From: Synechocystis sp. PCC 6803 substr. PCC-P
GTDB lineage: Bacteria; Cyanobacteriota; Cyanobacteriia; Cyanobacteriales; Microcystaceae
Reading direction: 5' to 3'
NCBI RefSeq assembly: GCF_000284455.1
Contig: NC_017039.1
Span: 150,001-182,000, forward strand
Length of the DNA: 32,000 nucleotides
A program made the position numbers and the translations under genes. Under the pieces are notes generated by a model. The model was not told the origin of the DNA, made no database searches, and worked only from the letters and a program-made list of their open reading frames with translations. Positions 9,812 through 18,532 of this stretch are shown in pieces; positions within the stretch are counted from its first letter, which is position 1; each line of letters opens with the position of its first letter.

Positions 9812-9961
9812 CTAGCGACCCATTTTTTTATCCCGATCCTGCCGACGGCGATCGCGCCATTCCAGGGTGGTGAGGTAGAGAATGCCACCACTAACAAGCA
9901 CTAGCATCACCAGGGCCGCTAAAAAAAGGGTGTTGAGGACAGGAGTAGGAGTTGCTTCCAC
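9812..9961 (-). CDS. Putative 49-aa single-pass membrane protein (GTG start), not in the supplied ORF track
   Basis: Reverse-strand reading: (M)EATPTPVLNTLFLAALVMLVLVSGGILYLTTLEWRDRRRQDRDKKMGR*. Clean N-tail/TM helix/basic C-tail layout, same strand as and next to petN. Confidence 0.55.
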   Translation of the reverse strand: MEATPTPVLNTLFLAALVMLVLVSGGILYLTTLEWRDRRRQDRDKKMGR

Positions 9962-10003
9962 GGTATCAAAGACTCTTAAACAACGGGAAATCCAGGTTTA
10001 ATC

Positions 10004-10093
10004 CTAGAAGCCGTTCCGACCCCATACCACCATGCTGATGGACCAGGTGAACAGAACTAACACGCTTACCCAACCTAATGTCAAAATGTCCAT
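10004..10093 (-). CDS. petN: Cytochrome b6-f complex subunit VIII (PetN)
   Basis: Reverse-strand translation [29 protein letters not shown] (29 aa), recognised as the conserved PetN sequence; below the ORF-track length cutoff. Confidence 0.96.
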   Translation of the reverse strand: MDILTLGWVSVLVLFTWSISMVVWGRNGF

Positions 10094-10257
10094 AGTCTTT
10101 TGTTAAATACGCCAATAAAAACAAGCTTTGCCAGCCTTTATCTTACGGCGATCGGGCAAAATTTTAAAGCTTGCCTCAGGGACAAAACGCCCGAGCTAAT
10201 CTCCCCTGGAACCATCATTGTCTCTATCCCCTTTTTTCTCCCCCAAAGCTAGAAACC

Positions 10258-11058
10258 ATGGCCCTGTTTAACCATTATCAGGTGGAAACCCCCGAAAGCG
10301 TAGAATTGGAATTTACTTTGGCGGGCATCGGCAATCGTCTCTATGCGGTGCTGATCGACTATGTCTGTCTGGGAAGCGTTGTTTTAATTTTGCTAATTAT
10401 TTGGGCGGTGTTGGCCTATAACCTTTCCCTCTACGCCTCCGGGGAATGGCAACTCTGGCTCACCGCTATCCAAATTTTCCTCATTTTTGCGGTTTATGTG
10501 GGTTATTTTGTCTTTTTTGAAACCCTCTGGCAGGGTCAAACCCCCGGTAAACGCAGGGCTAAAATTCGGGTAATTCGGGGAGATGGCCGCCCCGTTGGCT
10601 TACAGGAAGCTAGTTTAAGAGCTCTGTTCCGCCCCATTGATGATTTTCTTTACATCGGCGCTTTATTAATCATTTTTGGCCGGCGGGAAAAACGCATTGG
10701 AGATTTACTGGCGGGGACTTTAGTGATTCGGGAAAGTCGGGATCAAAGAGGCGATCGCCTAAAACTGCAACAACCGGAGCAAGCGAAGATTCTCGCCGCT
10801 GAGTTAGCACAATGCCCTGGTTTAGAAAGAATTACAGCAGACCATTGGTTAGTGATCCGGGATTATTTACTCCGACGGGGAGATTTACTACCCAAGGCCA
10901 GGCAACAGGCGGAGAAAAGGTTAGCCAAACAGGTACAAGAACGTCTGCGTCTCACCGCTCCCTCGGCCGATAATCCCCCCGAAGTTTTGCTAGAAGCAGT
11001 TTATCTTGCCTGCCAAGACCGCCAAACAACCCTGACTAAGCCCAAGTTTGAATTGTAA
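10258..11058 (+). CDS. RDD family integral membrane protein
   Basis: From ATG 10258: MALFNHYQVETPESVELEFTLAGIGNRLYAVLIDYVCLGSVVLILLIIWAV...; RDD-type pattern RLYAVLIDY and IGRREKRIGDLLAGTLVIRE. Confidence 0.85.
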   Translation: MALFNHYQVETPESVELEFTLAGIGNRLYAVLIDYVCLGSVVLILLIIWAVLAYNLSLYASGEWQLWLTAIQIFLIFAVYVGYFVFFETLWQGQTPGKRRAKIRVIRGDGRPVGLQEASLRALFRPIDDFLYIGALLIIFGRREKRIGDLLAGTLVIRESRDQRGDRLKLQQPEQAKILAAELAQCPGLERITADHWLVIRDYLLRRGDLLPKARQQAEKRLAKQVQERLRLTAPSADNPPEVLLEAVYLACQDRQTTLTKPKFEL

Positions 11059-11087
11059 AGTTTTTGAAAATGCCGTAACACTGGCAA

Positions 11088-11642
11088 TTAGGCTTGTAAT
11101 TCTGCCAACCGGGCCAAAACTTCTTCACTGTGGGTGGCGGGTCTCACTCCCAGAAATCTTTCCCGCAAAATACCCTCGGGATCGATGACGTAGGTGTGTC
11201 GTAGGGCCATGCCACTGAGCCAAGAGCCATAGGTCTTGATTACTGCCCCGTCGGAGTCCGCCAGCAGGGGAAACTTAAGCCCTTCCGCATCACAAAAAGC
11301 TTCATGGGAGTCTAAGTCGTCCACACTTACCCCAATTACCTGGGCATTGAGAGCTTGATATTTGGTCAAATCCCGCTGGAAACGCTGGGCCTCCAAGGTA
11401 CAACCGGGGGTAAAGTCCTGGGGATAGAAATATAAAACCACCCATTGACCCCGGTAATCTGTCAAATTAACTTCCCCTTCTCCGGTGGTGCTGGGCAGGG
11501 TGAACAGGGGCGCAGGTTGATCCAACTCTGGTTGGATACCCCCCAGGGCATAGGTGGGTAAGTCTGCCAATCCTAGCCATAAACCTAGGGTTAAAAGTAG
11601 GGCAATGATAGTTTTTGGCCAGGAGAATTTTTTGCTTGTCAT
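11088..11642 (-). CDS. bcp: Peroxiredoxin, BCP/PrxQ type, with N-terminal signal/TM segment
   Basis: PLFTLPSTTGEGEVNLTDYRGQWVVLYFYPQDFTPGCTLEAQRFQRDL: Cys in the PxxxTPGCT motif. Confidence 0.92.
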   Translation of the reverse strand: MTSKKFSWPKTIIALLLTLGLWLGLADLPTYALGGIQPELDQPAPLFTLPSTTGEGEVNLTDYRGQWVVLYFYPQDFTPGCTLEAQRFQRDLTKYQALNAQVIGVSVDDLDSHEAFCDAEGLKFPLLADSDGAVIKTYGSWLSGMALRHTYVIDPEGILRERFLGVRPATHSEEVLARLAELQA

Positions 11643-11767
11643 AGGGGATGTTTTAAACTTGCTACACCGAGTTACCGGCGAGAATAAATTGCTTTACCTG
11701 TTATTGTTCCACAGCTTTTTGGGGACAGCAGGCTGCTGTTATTGACCTGCAACAACCCAGGGGCCAA

Positions 11768-13663
11768 CTACTCCACGGTGACGGACTTAGCCAAATTACG
11801 GGGTTGATCCACGTCTAACCCCCGGCGGGCGGCAATATGGTAGGACAAAAGTTGCAGGGGAATCACTGCCACAATAGGGGAAAGCATTTCCTCCACGTGG
11901 GGCACTAACAATAAATCATCGAACACAGAACGGGCCTGGCTGTCGTCCATGGGAGTAACCCCGATGAGCCTGGCATCCCTGGCTTTGGCTTCCTGGGCAT
12001 TAGAAATTACCTTGTCATGCACTGAACCCGGCATGGCGATCGCCACCACTGGGACTTTGGCATCCAGGAGGGCAATGGGGCCGTGTTTCATTTCCCCGGC
12101 GGGGTAACCTTCTGCATGGATATAACTAATTTCCTTGAGTTTTAAAGCTCCCTCCAGCGCAATGGGAAAATTGATGCCCCGACCAAGGAAAATAAAGTCT
12201 TGGGTTTCGGCAAATTCATGGGCTAGGGCTTCAATAGCACTACCCTGTTGTTCCAAAATGGTTTCAATTTGGGCGGGTAATTGTCGCAGACCAACCATGA
12301 TGTGTTCTATGGCTTCCAAGCTCAGGCTGTGTCGCTGAAAGGCAATGTCCAGGGCGAGAAAATAAAAGGCCAACACTTGGGCCACAAAGGTTTTGGTGGC
12401 GGCCACCCCAATTTCAATGCCAGCGTGGGTATTAATAATCTCATTAACCATGGTAGCCAAGGTACTTTCCGGACGGTTGGTAATGCCCAAAATCAGGGGT
12501 TTATAGTCGTCTTCCAAAGTTAAGCGCCGTTGTTTTTCCATTTCCAGGGCGGCCAAAGTATCCGCCGTTTCCCCCGACTGAGTCACGCCAATGGTGAGGG
12601 TGTGGGGCGTCAGGGGAGGGGCCGCATAGCGAAATTCCGAAGCGTAATGCACTGTGGTGGGAATGCCGGCCAATTGCTCTAGTAAATATTTCCCCACCAG
12701 ACCCGCATGCCAACTAGTACCACAGGCCAGAACTTGAATATGTTGGAGATTTTTGGTCAACTGGGGGTCTAAACCCAGGAATACGGGACTATGGCTAGGA
12801 TGGTCGGCGGCCCGCCATTGTTCATTGAGATAAGTTGCTAAACAAGTGCGGACAACGGCTGGTTGCTCGTAGATTTCCTTGAGCATAAAGTGCCGAAAGC
12901 CCTGTTTTTCAACGGTGGTGGCGCTCCAATCGAGGGTGCGGGGTAATTTTCTCACCCTTTTCAGGTTAAAGTCGTAAACTTCTACCCCCAGGGGCGTTAA
13001 CCTGGCAATTTCTCCATTCTCCAAAGAAAGTACTGTGGTGGTGTGGTGCACTAAGGCTGTCACATCGGACGCACAAAAGAATTCCCCCTGGCCAAAGCCC
13101 AGAATTAAGGGTGCTTGCTGTCGGGCCACAATTAGTTGCTCTGGACAATGGGCATCTAAAACGGCGATCGCAAAGGCTCCCTCTAGCTGATGTACGGCCT
13201 TGCCAATGGCTTCCAGTAGAGCTTCGTCTGGATCATCACTGGGCAAATCCTTAAGGATGTCGGCAATCAAAATCGGAATGACCTCGGTATCCGTCTCCGA
13301 ATAAAACTGGTAACCCTTTTCCTTTAACTGATCCCTCAGGGTTTGATAATTTTCGATGATGCCATTCTGCACAACGGCGATGCGTTGCTGGTTATCCAAG
13401 TGGGGGTGGGCGTTATGCTCCTCCGGTTTACCGTGGGTGGCCCAACGGGTATGTCCAATGCCCAGGCGGGAAAAGTTGCTGTGGTTTTCTAGCTTTTCCT
13501 TGAGGTTAAATAGTTTGCCCTTAGCCCGCACCGACTCAATTTTTCCTTCGGTGACCGTAGCAATGCCGGCGGAGTCATAACCTCTGTATTCTAAGCGTTC
13601 TAGCCCTTCAATGAGGATATTTACTGCCGTTTGGGTGCCGATGTAACCAACGATGCCACACAT
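11768..13663 (-). CDS. glmS: Glutamine--fructose-6-phosphate aminotransferase (isomerizing)
   Basis: MCGIVGYIGTQTAVNILIEGLERLEYRGYDSAG, HTRWATHG, tandem SIS domains (CGTSWHAG, QSGETADTLAAL), C-terminal ..LAKSVTVE. Confidence 0.97.
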   Translation of the reverse strand: MCGIVGYIGTQTAVNILIEGLERLEYRGYDSAGIATVTEGKIESVRAKGKLFNLKEKLENHSNFSRLGIGHTRWATHGKPEEHNAHPHLDNQQRIAVVQNGIIENYQTLRDQLKEKGYQFYSETDTEVIPILIADILKDLPSDDPDEALLEAIGKAVHQLEGAFAIAVLDAHCPEQLIVARQQAPLILGFGQGEFFCASDVTALVHHTTTVLSLENGEIARLTPLGVEVYDFNLKRVRKLPRTLDWSATTVEKQGFRHFMLKEIYEQPAVVRTCLATYLNEQWRAADHPSHSPVFLGLDPQLTKNLQHIQVLACGTSWHAGLVGKYLLEQLAGIPTTVHYASEFRYAAPPLTPHTLTIGVTQSGETADTLAALEMEKQRRLTLEDDYKPLILGITNRPESTLATMVNEIINTHAGIEIGVAATKTFVAQVLAFYFLALDIAFQRHSLSLEAIEHIMVGLRQLPAQIETILEQQGSAIEALAHEFAETQDFIFLGRGINFPIALEGALKLKEISYIHAEGYPAGEMKHGPIALLDAKVPVVAIAMPGSVHDKVISNAQEAKARDARLIGVTPMDDSQARSVFDDLLLVPHVEEMLSPIVAVIPLQLLSYHIAARRGLDVDQPRNLAKSVTVE

Positions 13664-13865
13664 GGAGATTCCCCAATGATAGTGAAGATGATCAAATTGC
13701 CCTCCAGTTTAGCTTTTTCCTTCTGCCCAATGACAAATCTATCGCCCCCCATGGCAATTAGCTGGGTATGGTAATGGGCTTTCGGGAGGAACTTGGCACA
13801 GGGGCGGACTATATCCCCAAAACTGACGTCAGCATGGCATTGGGGGATTTAGGAATTGCTAACCT

Positions 13866-14000
13866 ATGACCATAAACAGAAACACCGTTTTGCTCAGTTT
13901 AAAGCTGTTCTCACTTCCCACCCTGATGTCTGCCATAGCCAAGACGGCGATCGCCATCATTAGAAGCGTAAAGAAGTCCGAGATGGAAACTCAAGGTTAG
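13866..14000 (+). CDS. Speculative 44-aa ORF between glmS and flv2
   Basis: Forward translation MTINRNTVLLSLKLFSLPTLMSAIAKTAIAIIRSVKKSEMETQG* with a hydrophobic stretch and basic tail; no homology support. Confidence 0.15.
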   Translation: MTINRNTVLLSLKLFSLPTLMSAIAKTAIAIIRSVKKSEMETQG

Positions 14001-14036
14001 AAACTGCTAGCGAGTTGATCACAACCATGACAGCGC

Positions 14037-15821
14037 CTAATATTGTCCCCCCGATTTGCGGTGTCGTATGGCAGTGATGCCGTTGGGTTGTAACACTTGT
14101 CCGGCCTGAACTGTTGCATAAACCAGGACATGATCGCCTATATTCGACCAAGATTGGACGAGGCATTCAAGATAAGCCAGCGCCTCCGCTAGAATCAGAC
14201 AGCCATTCTGGGTTGAATAATGTTCCAATCTGCTGAAGGGATTATCCCCATCTTTCGGCAGGGGCTGGTGATCAAAATGACGCCGTACACTCCTACCTTC
14301 CTGCAGAAGATTGAGCACAAAAGCCTTATTTTGTCCGGCCAAACCGTAGGCATCAAATTCGCCCGGAATTGCGAGCATAATGCCAGGGGGAGTGAAGCTG
14401 GCTTGGGAAACCCAGGAGGTCAAAATCCCTTGATGGCGGCCAGTTGTTTGGGTTGTAACCACACCAATGGAGCCGATAATACGTCCCACTGCCTGCTGAG
14501 TGCGGTCAGCCTGGGTTTCGGTAGTGGCTTGACGGGCAATCCTCTGACGCTTGTGGGTACGGAGTTGCCGCGCGAAATTTGCGCCAGAGGTTGTGCAAAC
14601 ATCTAGGGCATCGAGATTGGGACTGAATTGGATGCGGATGGCCTCAAAGCCGAAGCGATAGCCGCCATCTTTTAGCTTATTTTCAATCAAATCAATAGCT
14701 TCACCGCTCCAGCCATAGGAACCAAAGACTCCGGCCAATTTAGTTTTGGTTGCGGAAGATAAAACAATCCCTAATGCCGTTTGGATTTGAACGGGGGCAT
14801 GGCTCCCCAGGGTAGGAGAACCGACAATAAAACCATCACAGGCCTGAATTGCTTCGACAATTTCGTTTGGTTCTGCGATTTCACAGTTAATTGTTTCGAC
14901 GGCAACACCGGCCTTGACTAATCCTTGGGCGATCGCCCGGGCCATGGTTGCTGTATTGCCATAGGCGGAAGCATAGATCAATGCTACTTTGAGGGTCTGG
15001 CTAGGTTGTTGTTGACACCATTGGCGATAATCACTGTACAGACGACTAAGGCTAAAACGAACCAAGGGGCCATGGCCAGGGGCAATCATTTTCAGCGTTA
15101 ACGGATCAAACTGATCCAGTGCTGTTTCGACCTGTCTAGTTTGGGGAGCATGCAAACAATCAAAGTAAAAACGGCGATCGCCGCCTAATTGTCGCCAGTC
15201 CTCATCAAAAATGGCATCGCCACAAACATGCGTGCCAAACAACTTGTCACTAAAAAGAATCTGGCTACCTGCATCGTAGGCACATAAACCGTCAGGCCAG
15301 CGGGGGGTAGGCAAGGTCATCAACTGGAGCTTATGGCCCCGGCCCAAATCCAGCATGTCCTGGGACCGCACGGTCTGGAATCTTTCTTCCCAATGGGGAA
15401 AGGTGGCTTTAAGCACCTTCGCCGCAGGACGAGAACAAATAAGCTTGGCCTTGGTTGCCCGACGCAGTAATTGCTCCAGGGTAACCATGCGATTGGGATT
15501 AACATGGCTTGCAACAATGTAGTCAAGCTGGGCTAAATCCAAATATTTGGGTAATTCCGCTAGATACAAATCACAAAATGACTCTCCCGGAGGATCAATC
15601 AATGCCGTATGGTCGGCCTGAATCAGATAGGAATTAGAAGTAGTGCCCCGACGGCGACCATATTCCACCTCAAATTTAAGTCGATCCCAGAGGCGAGACC
15701 GTAACACTTTGGTTTGAGGGGCAATTTCCGCAACCTGAATATCCCGAGGCAGGGAAGCAACGAAAATTGAATCTGACGGACTATGCAAAGCTTGGGAAAG
15801 ACCACCAATTGGAGAAATCAT
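14037..15821 (-). CDS. flv2: Flavodiiron protein with C-terminal flavin-reductase-like domain, Flv2 type (non-canonical metal ligands)
   Basis: Start MISPIGGLSQALHSPSDS at 15821. Metallo-beta-lactamase-like domain, flavodoxin domain IYASAYGNTATMARAIAQG, flavin reductase domain VGVVTTQTTGRHQGILTSWVSQASFTPPGIMLAI; downstream of the sll0218-like and Flv4-type genes. Confidence 0.92.
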   Translation of the reverse strand: MISPIGGLSQALHSPSDSIFVASLPRDIQVAEIAPQTKVLRSRLWDRLKFEVEYGRRRGTTSNSYLIQADHTALIDPPGESFCDLYLAELPKYLDLAQLDYIVASHVNPNRMVTLEQLLRRATKAKLICSRPAAKVLKATFPHWEERFQTVRSQDMLDLGRGHKLQLMTLPTPRWPDGLCAYDAGSQILFSDKLFGTHVCGDAIFDEDWRQLGGDRRFYFDCLHAPQTRQVETALDQFDPLTLKMIAPGHGPLVRFSLSRLYSDYRQWCQQQPSQTLKVALIYASAYGNTATMARAIAQGLVKAGVAVETINCEIAEPNEIVEAIQACDGFIVGSPTLGSHAPVQIQTALGIVLSSATKTKLAGVFGSYGWSGEAIDLIENKLKDGGYRFGFEAIRIQFSPNLDALDVCTTSGANFARQLRTHKRQRIARQATTETQADRTQQAVGRIIGSIGVVTTQTTGRHQGILTSWVSQASFTPPGIMLAIPGEFDAYGLAGQNKAFVLNLLQEGRSVRRHFDHQPLPKDGDNPFSRLEHYSTQNGCLILAEALAYLECLVQSWSNIGDHVLVYATVQAGQVLQPNGITAIRHRKSGGQY

Positions 15822-15870
15822 GGATTTAACCTCGAATAAAGACAAGAGGGAGCGGGGATGGTCAAGATAA

Positions 15871-16389
15871 TCAAATTGATGGGGACTCCTTACCAGACTG
15901 ACGAATTTGATGGCGGCGGGAGATTTCCCGTTCAGGATCGACCCCTTCAAACGTGGGGGGTAACCAAACCCGCACTACGAGCAAAACACCCAGAATGAGC
16001 AGAAATGAACAAGCTGCCAGCACTTGCTCCCAAGGCACTTCCAGAACGCCCCGGACAATAATTTCTCTTAGAACCGAAACAATTGAGACTTCCACTGCAA
16101 CTCCGATGGAAACCCGGTGTTCCTGCAGATAAATAATCAGCAATCGAAACAGTTCCACTAAAATCAGCAGAAATAAAATGTCGGCGGTGACCCGGGGAAA
16201 ATCCAGGGGAGGAAAAAGGGAGACAAACATTTCCCGCAACTGCATCACCATAAAACTGAACAGGCCGACGCAAAGGGAAATCACAATAAAGTCCTGCACC
16301 GTTTCCAGTAGACGCACCACCACGGCACGACTGAAATATAGGAGAGTAGGCTTTGCGTCCGAATCCACATTGGTTGAGAGGAGTTGCAT
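15871..16389 (-). CDS. Small membrane protein of the flv4-2 operon (Sll0218-like; PsiE-like hydrophobic pattern)
   Basis: Start MQLLSTNVDSDAKPTLLYFSRAVVVRLLETVQDFIVISLCVGLFSFMVMQ... at 16389; four hydrophobic segments; lies 26 bp downstream of the flv4 ORF and 49 bp upstream of flv2. Confidence 0.88.
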   Translation of the reverse strand: MQLLSTNVDSDAKPTLLYFSRAVVVRLLETVQDFIVISLCVGLFSFMVMQLREMFVSLFPPLDFPRVTADILFLLILVELFRLLIIYLQEHRVSIGVAVEVSIVSVLREIIVRGVLEVPWEQVLAACSFLLILGVLLVVRVWLPPTFEGVDPEREISRRHQIRQSGKESPSI

Positions 16390-16415
16390 GAGAAAATCCC
16401 AGGTAGAAGGTGAAC

Positions 16416-18152
16416 TTAGTAGTGGTTGCCCAGTTTGCGGTGGTGAGTGGCGGTTAGGGCATTCAATTTGGCGACTCGTCCAGTTTGTATGGTGCTGTAG
16501 ACCAACCAATGGTCATTGCCATCAAGACGGGAGGTAACCTCACATTCCAGATAAGCTAGGGTTTCCAACAGGATCGGAGAACCGTTCTGGGCAGGATAGG
16601 TGTTAACTCCGGCAAAGCGGTCTGCCCCTGGGGGAAAACGGAGGAGGAAATGGCGCATGAGGCTTTGATAGTTGTCCTCTTCCAGCACATTGAGCACGAA
16701 AGTATCGCCGGGATGGAGTAATGATTCGATCGCCCGGTCTTTGGCCACTGCAATGACAATGCCCAGGGGTTCAAAGCTGCCTTGAATCACCCAGGAAGCT
16801 AACATGGCACTCCGCACATCTCCCTTTTGAGCGGTTAAAATATACAGTCCAGTGCTGAGGCGACCGATCGCCTGATTGAGTTCTGGATCAAGGTCTGTAT
16901 TTGCCTGCTGGGATTGTTTCTGGGTGAGGTACTGGCCCAGATCGGTACCCGCTTCACGGCAAAGCTGATCCGTGGCGGCCGTTGGTTCGGTCTTGAGCAA
17001 AATTGGCTCAAAGGCTTCTTGCAAACCCAATTCCTGGAAGCGATTGCGGAGGGGGTAAATGGGCTCATCCTGTCCTCCCCCGCTTTCAAACAGGCCGATA
17101 ACTTGTTTGGGATGTACCGCCGCTAAAATGGTGCCCAACAAAGGGTCTAGGGTGGTTGAAGTGGAAGATTGGGGAGGCATACCAACCACCAGGCCTGCCG
17201 CACATTGGGCCAGGGTACGAACCTCGTGGGTATCCGCCACACTTAGATCGACTAGTTCAATGGCCACACCGGTTTTACTGATGCCATCGGCAATGGTCTG
17301 CACCAGGCGATCGCTCACCCCATACCCATCTACATAAAATAGGGCCACAAAGGTTTCAGCTTTGACCTGGTTTTGACTCCAGGCATCGTACTGTCCAAGC
17401 CAATGGGAAATGTGATGTTGCAATAGCGGCCCATGGCCCGTTGCCACTAGAACAACCTGCAGCGGTGCAATGCGTTTTAATGCCATCAACACCGAGCGGG
17501 CATTGGAGCCCATCAAGCAATTGTAATAGTATTGGAAATCAGGTTCGAGTCGTTCTGGCGTTTCATCGAAAAGGGAATCATCGCAATAGTGCATGCCAAA
17601 AACATCGCAGGTATAGAGTACCTGGGTACCCGAGTCATAGGTCAAAATTGTGTCGGGCCAATGCAAATTGGGCGCTGAAATAAATTGCAACTCATGGCCC
17701 TGGCCCAAATCCAGGCTGTGGCCACTTTTGACAATCTGTGACTCAAAAGGTCGGTGTACGAGCTTTTCCAAGAATTGGATGGCCACCTTGGAGCCCACCA
17801 CCGTCACCTGGGGGGCCAGTTCTAAGAGGTCTGGAATCAGTCCACTGTGGTCTGGTTCTGTATGATTGACGATCAAATAGTCGAGACTTCTGAGATCAAC
17901 TAGATCCTGCAACAGTTGCAAGTAGACGGCCTCAAACTTGCGATGGGACGTGTCGATGAGGGCCGTTTTTTCCCCTCGGATTAAAAATGAGTTGTAGGTT
18001 GTGCCATGGCGTAACTCAAACTCAATATCAAAGCGATCCCGATCCCAGTCAAGGCAACGAATCGCTGTGGTGTGGGCTGCAATGTCCGCGGTTTGGAGTG
18101 TTAAGCGGGGCTGGACAGCAGCAGAGGTTGGAGAATCAATTAGGGTAACCAT
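16416..18152 (-). CDS. flv4: Flavodiiron protein with C-terminal flavin-reductase-like domain, Flv4 type (canonical metal-ligand motif)
   Basis: 578 aa with NHTEPDHSG (HxExDH), NLHWPD, GHGPLL, flavodoxin domain FYVDGYGVSDRLVQTIADG, flavin reductase domain. Confidence 0.94.
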   Translation of the reverse strand: MVTLIDSPTSAAVQPRLTLQTADIAAHTTAIRCLDWDRDRFDIEFELRHGTTYNSFLIRGEKTALIDTSHRKFEAVYLQLLQDLVDLRSLDYLIVNHTEPDHSGLIPDLLELAPQVTVVGSKVAIQFLEKLVHRPFESQIVKSGHSLDLGQGHELQFISAPNLHWPDTILTYDSGTQVLYTCDVFGMHYCDDSLFDETPERLEPDFQYYYNCLMGSNARSVLMALKRIAPLQVVLVATGHGPLLQHHISHWLGQYDAWSQNQVKAETFVALFYVDGYGVSDRLVQTIADGISKTGVAIELVDLSVADTHEVRTLAQCAAGLVVGMPPQSSTSTTLDPLLGTILAAVHPKQVIGLFESGGGQDEPIYPLRNRFQELGLQEAFEPILLKTEPTAATDQLCREAGTDLGQYLTQKQSQQANTDLDPELNQAIGRLSTGLYILTAQKGDVRSAMLASWVIQGSFEPLGIVIAVAKDRAIESLLHPGDTFVLNVLEEDNYQSLMRHFLLRFPPGADRFAGVNTYPAQNGSPILLETLAYLECEVTSRLDGNDHWLVYSTIQTGRVAKLNALTATHHRKLGNHY

Positions 18153-18290
18153 AGAAAACTTTGTGGTTTTTCAAGCAAGTTCGCTGCTGACTTCTATGGT
18201 GCTGTGGATACTGGATTCTGTAAAATGTCAATATCTAAATAAAAAAATTAGTTTTTCTTATAACTAAAGTTTTAATTAATCAGTCAACTT
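18153..18290 (-). promoter_or_regulatory. 5' UTR/promoter region of the flv4-2 operon
   Basis: AT-rich stretch directly upstream of flv4 on the minus strand; contains TTGACA (complement of 18226-18231) with TATCCA (complement of 18205-18210) 15 bp further on. Promoter call is weak because the spacing is short. Confidence 0.35.
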
Positions 18291-18486
18291 AATCTATCGA
18301 GAGGGCTCTATGGCTTGGGTTAATATCGGCGGAGCCCATTGAGGCCAGTGAATGGAAGATGCCTTTTTTGGTGGCTCCATCTTGCCCACGAACTAGATTT
18401 TTCTTGCTAGGATTGGGCTTAAATGGTTTAGTCCCCCGTTTTTGGGAAGGAATTTTGCCCTCCGCCATGCCAGTGGCCCATTGCAT
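18289..18486 (-). CDS. Hypothetical small basic protein
   Basis: ORF ...MAEGKIPSQKRGTKPFKPNPSKKNLVRGQDGATKKGIFHSLASMGSADINPSHRALSID in the flv4-ctp intergenic space; composition only. Confidence 0.35.
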   Translation of the reverse strand: MQWATGMAEGKIPSQKRGTKPFKPNPSKKNLVRGQDGATKKGIFHSLASMGSADINPSHRALSID

Positions 18487-18532
18487 CGGACTTGACTATT
18501 TGTCTGCCTCCCTTTGACCTACCCTGCCTTCC

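Noticed and set aside
11643-11767. Possible glmS-type ribozyme or riboswitch near glmS
   Set aside because: This gap is downstream of glmS on its own strand, not the 5' leader, and no ribozyme core was recognised here or in 13664-14036; only Infernal could exclude it formally.
13960-14166. 68-aa minus-strand ORF at the 3' end of flv2
   Set aside because: Overlaps the flv2 coding end in another frame and has no domain or composition support.
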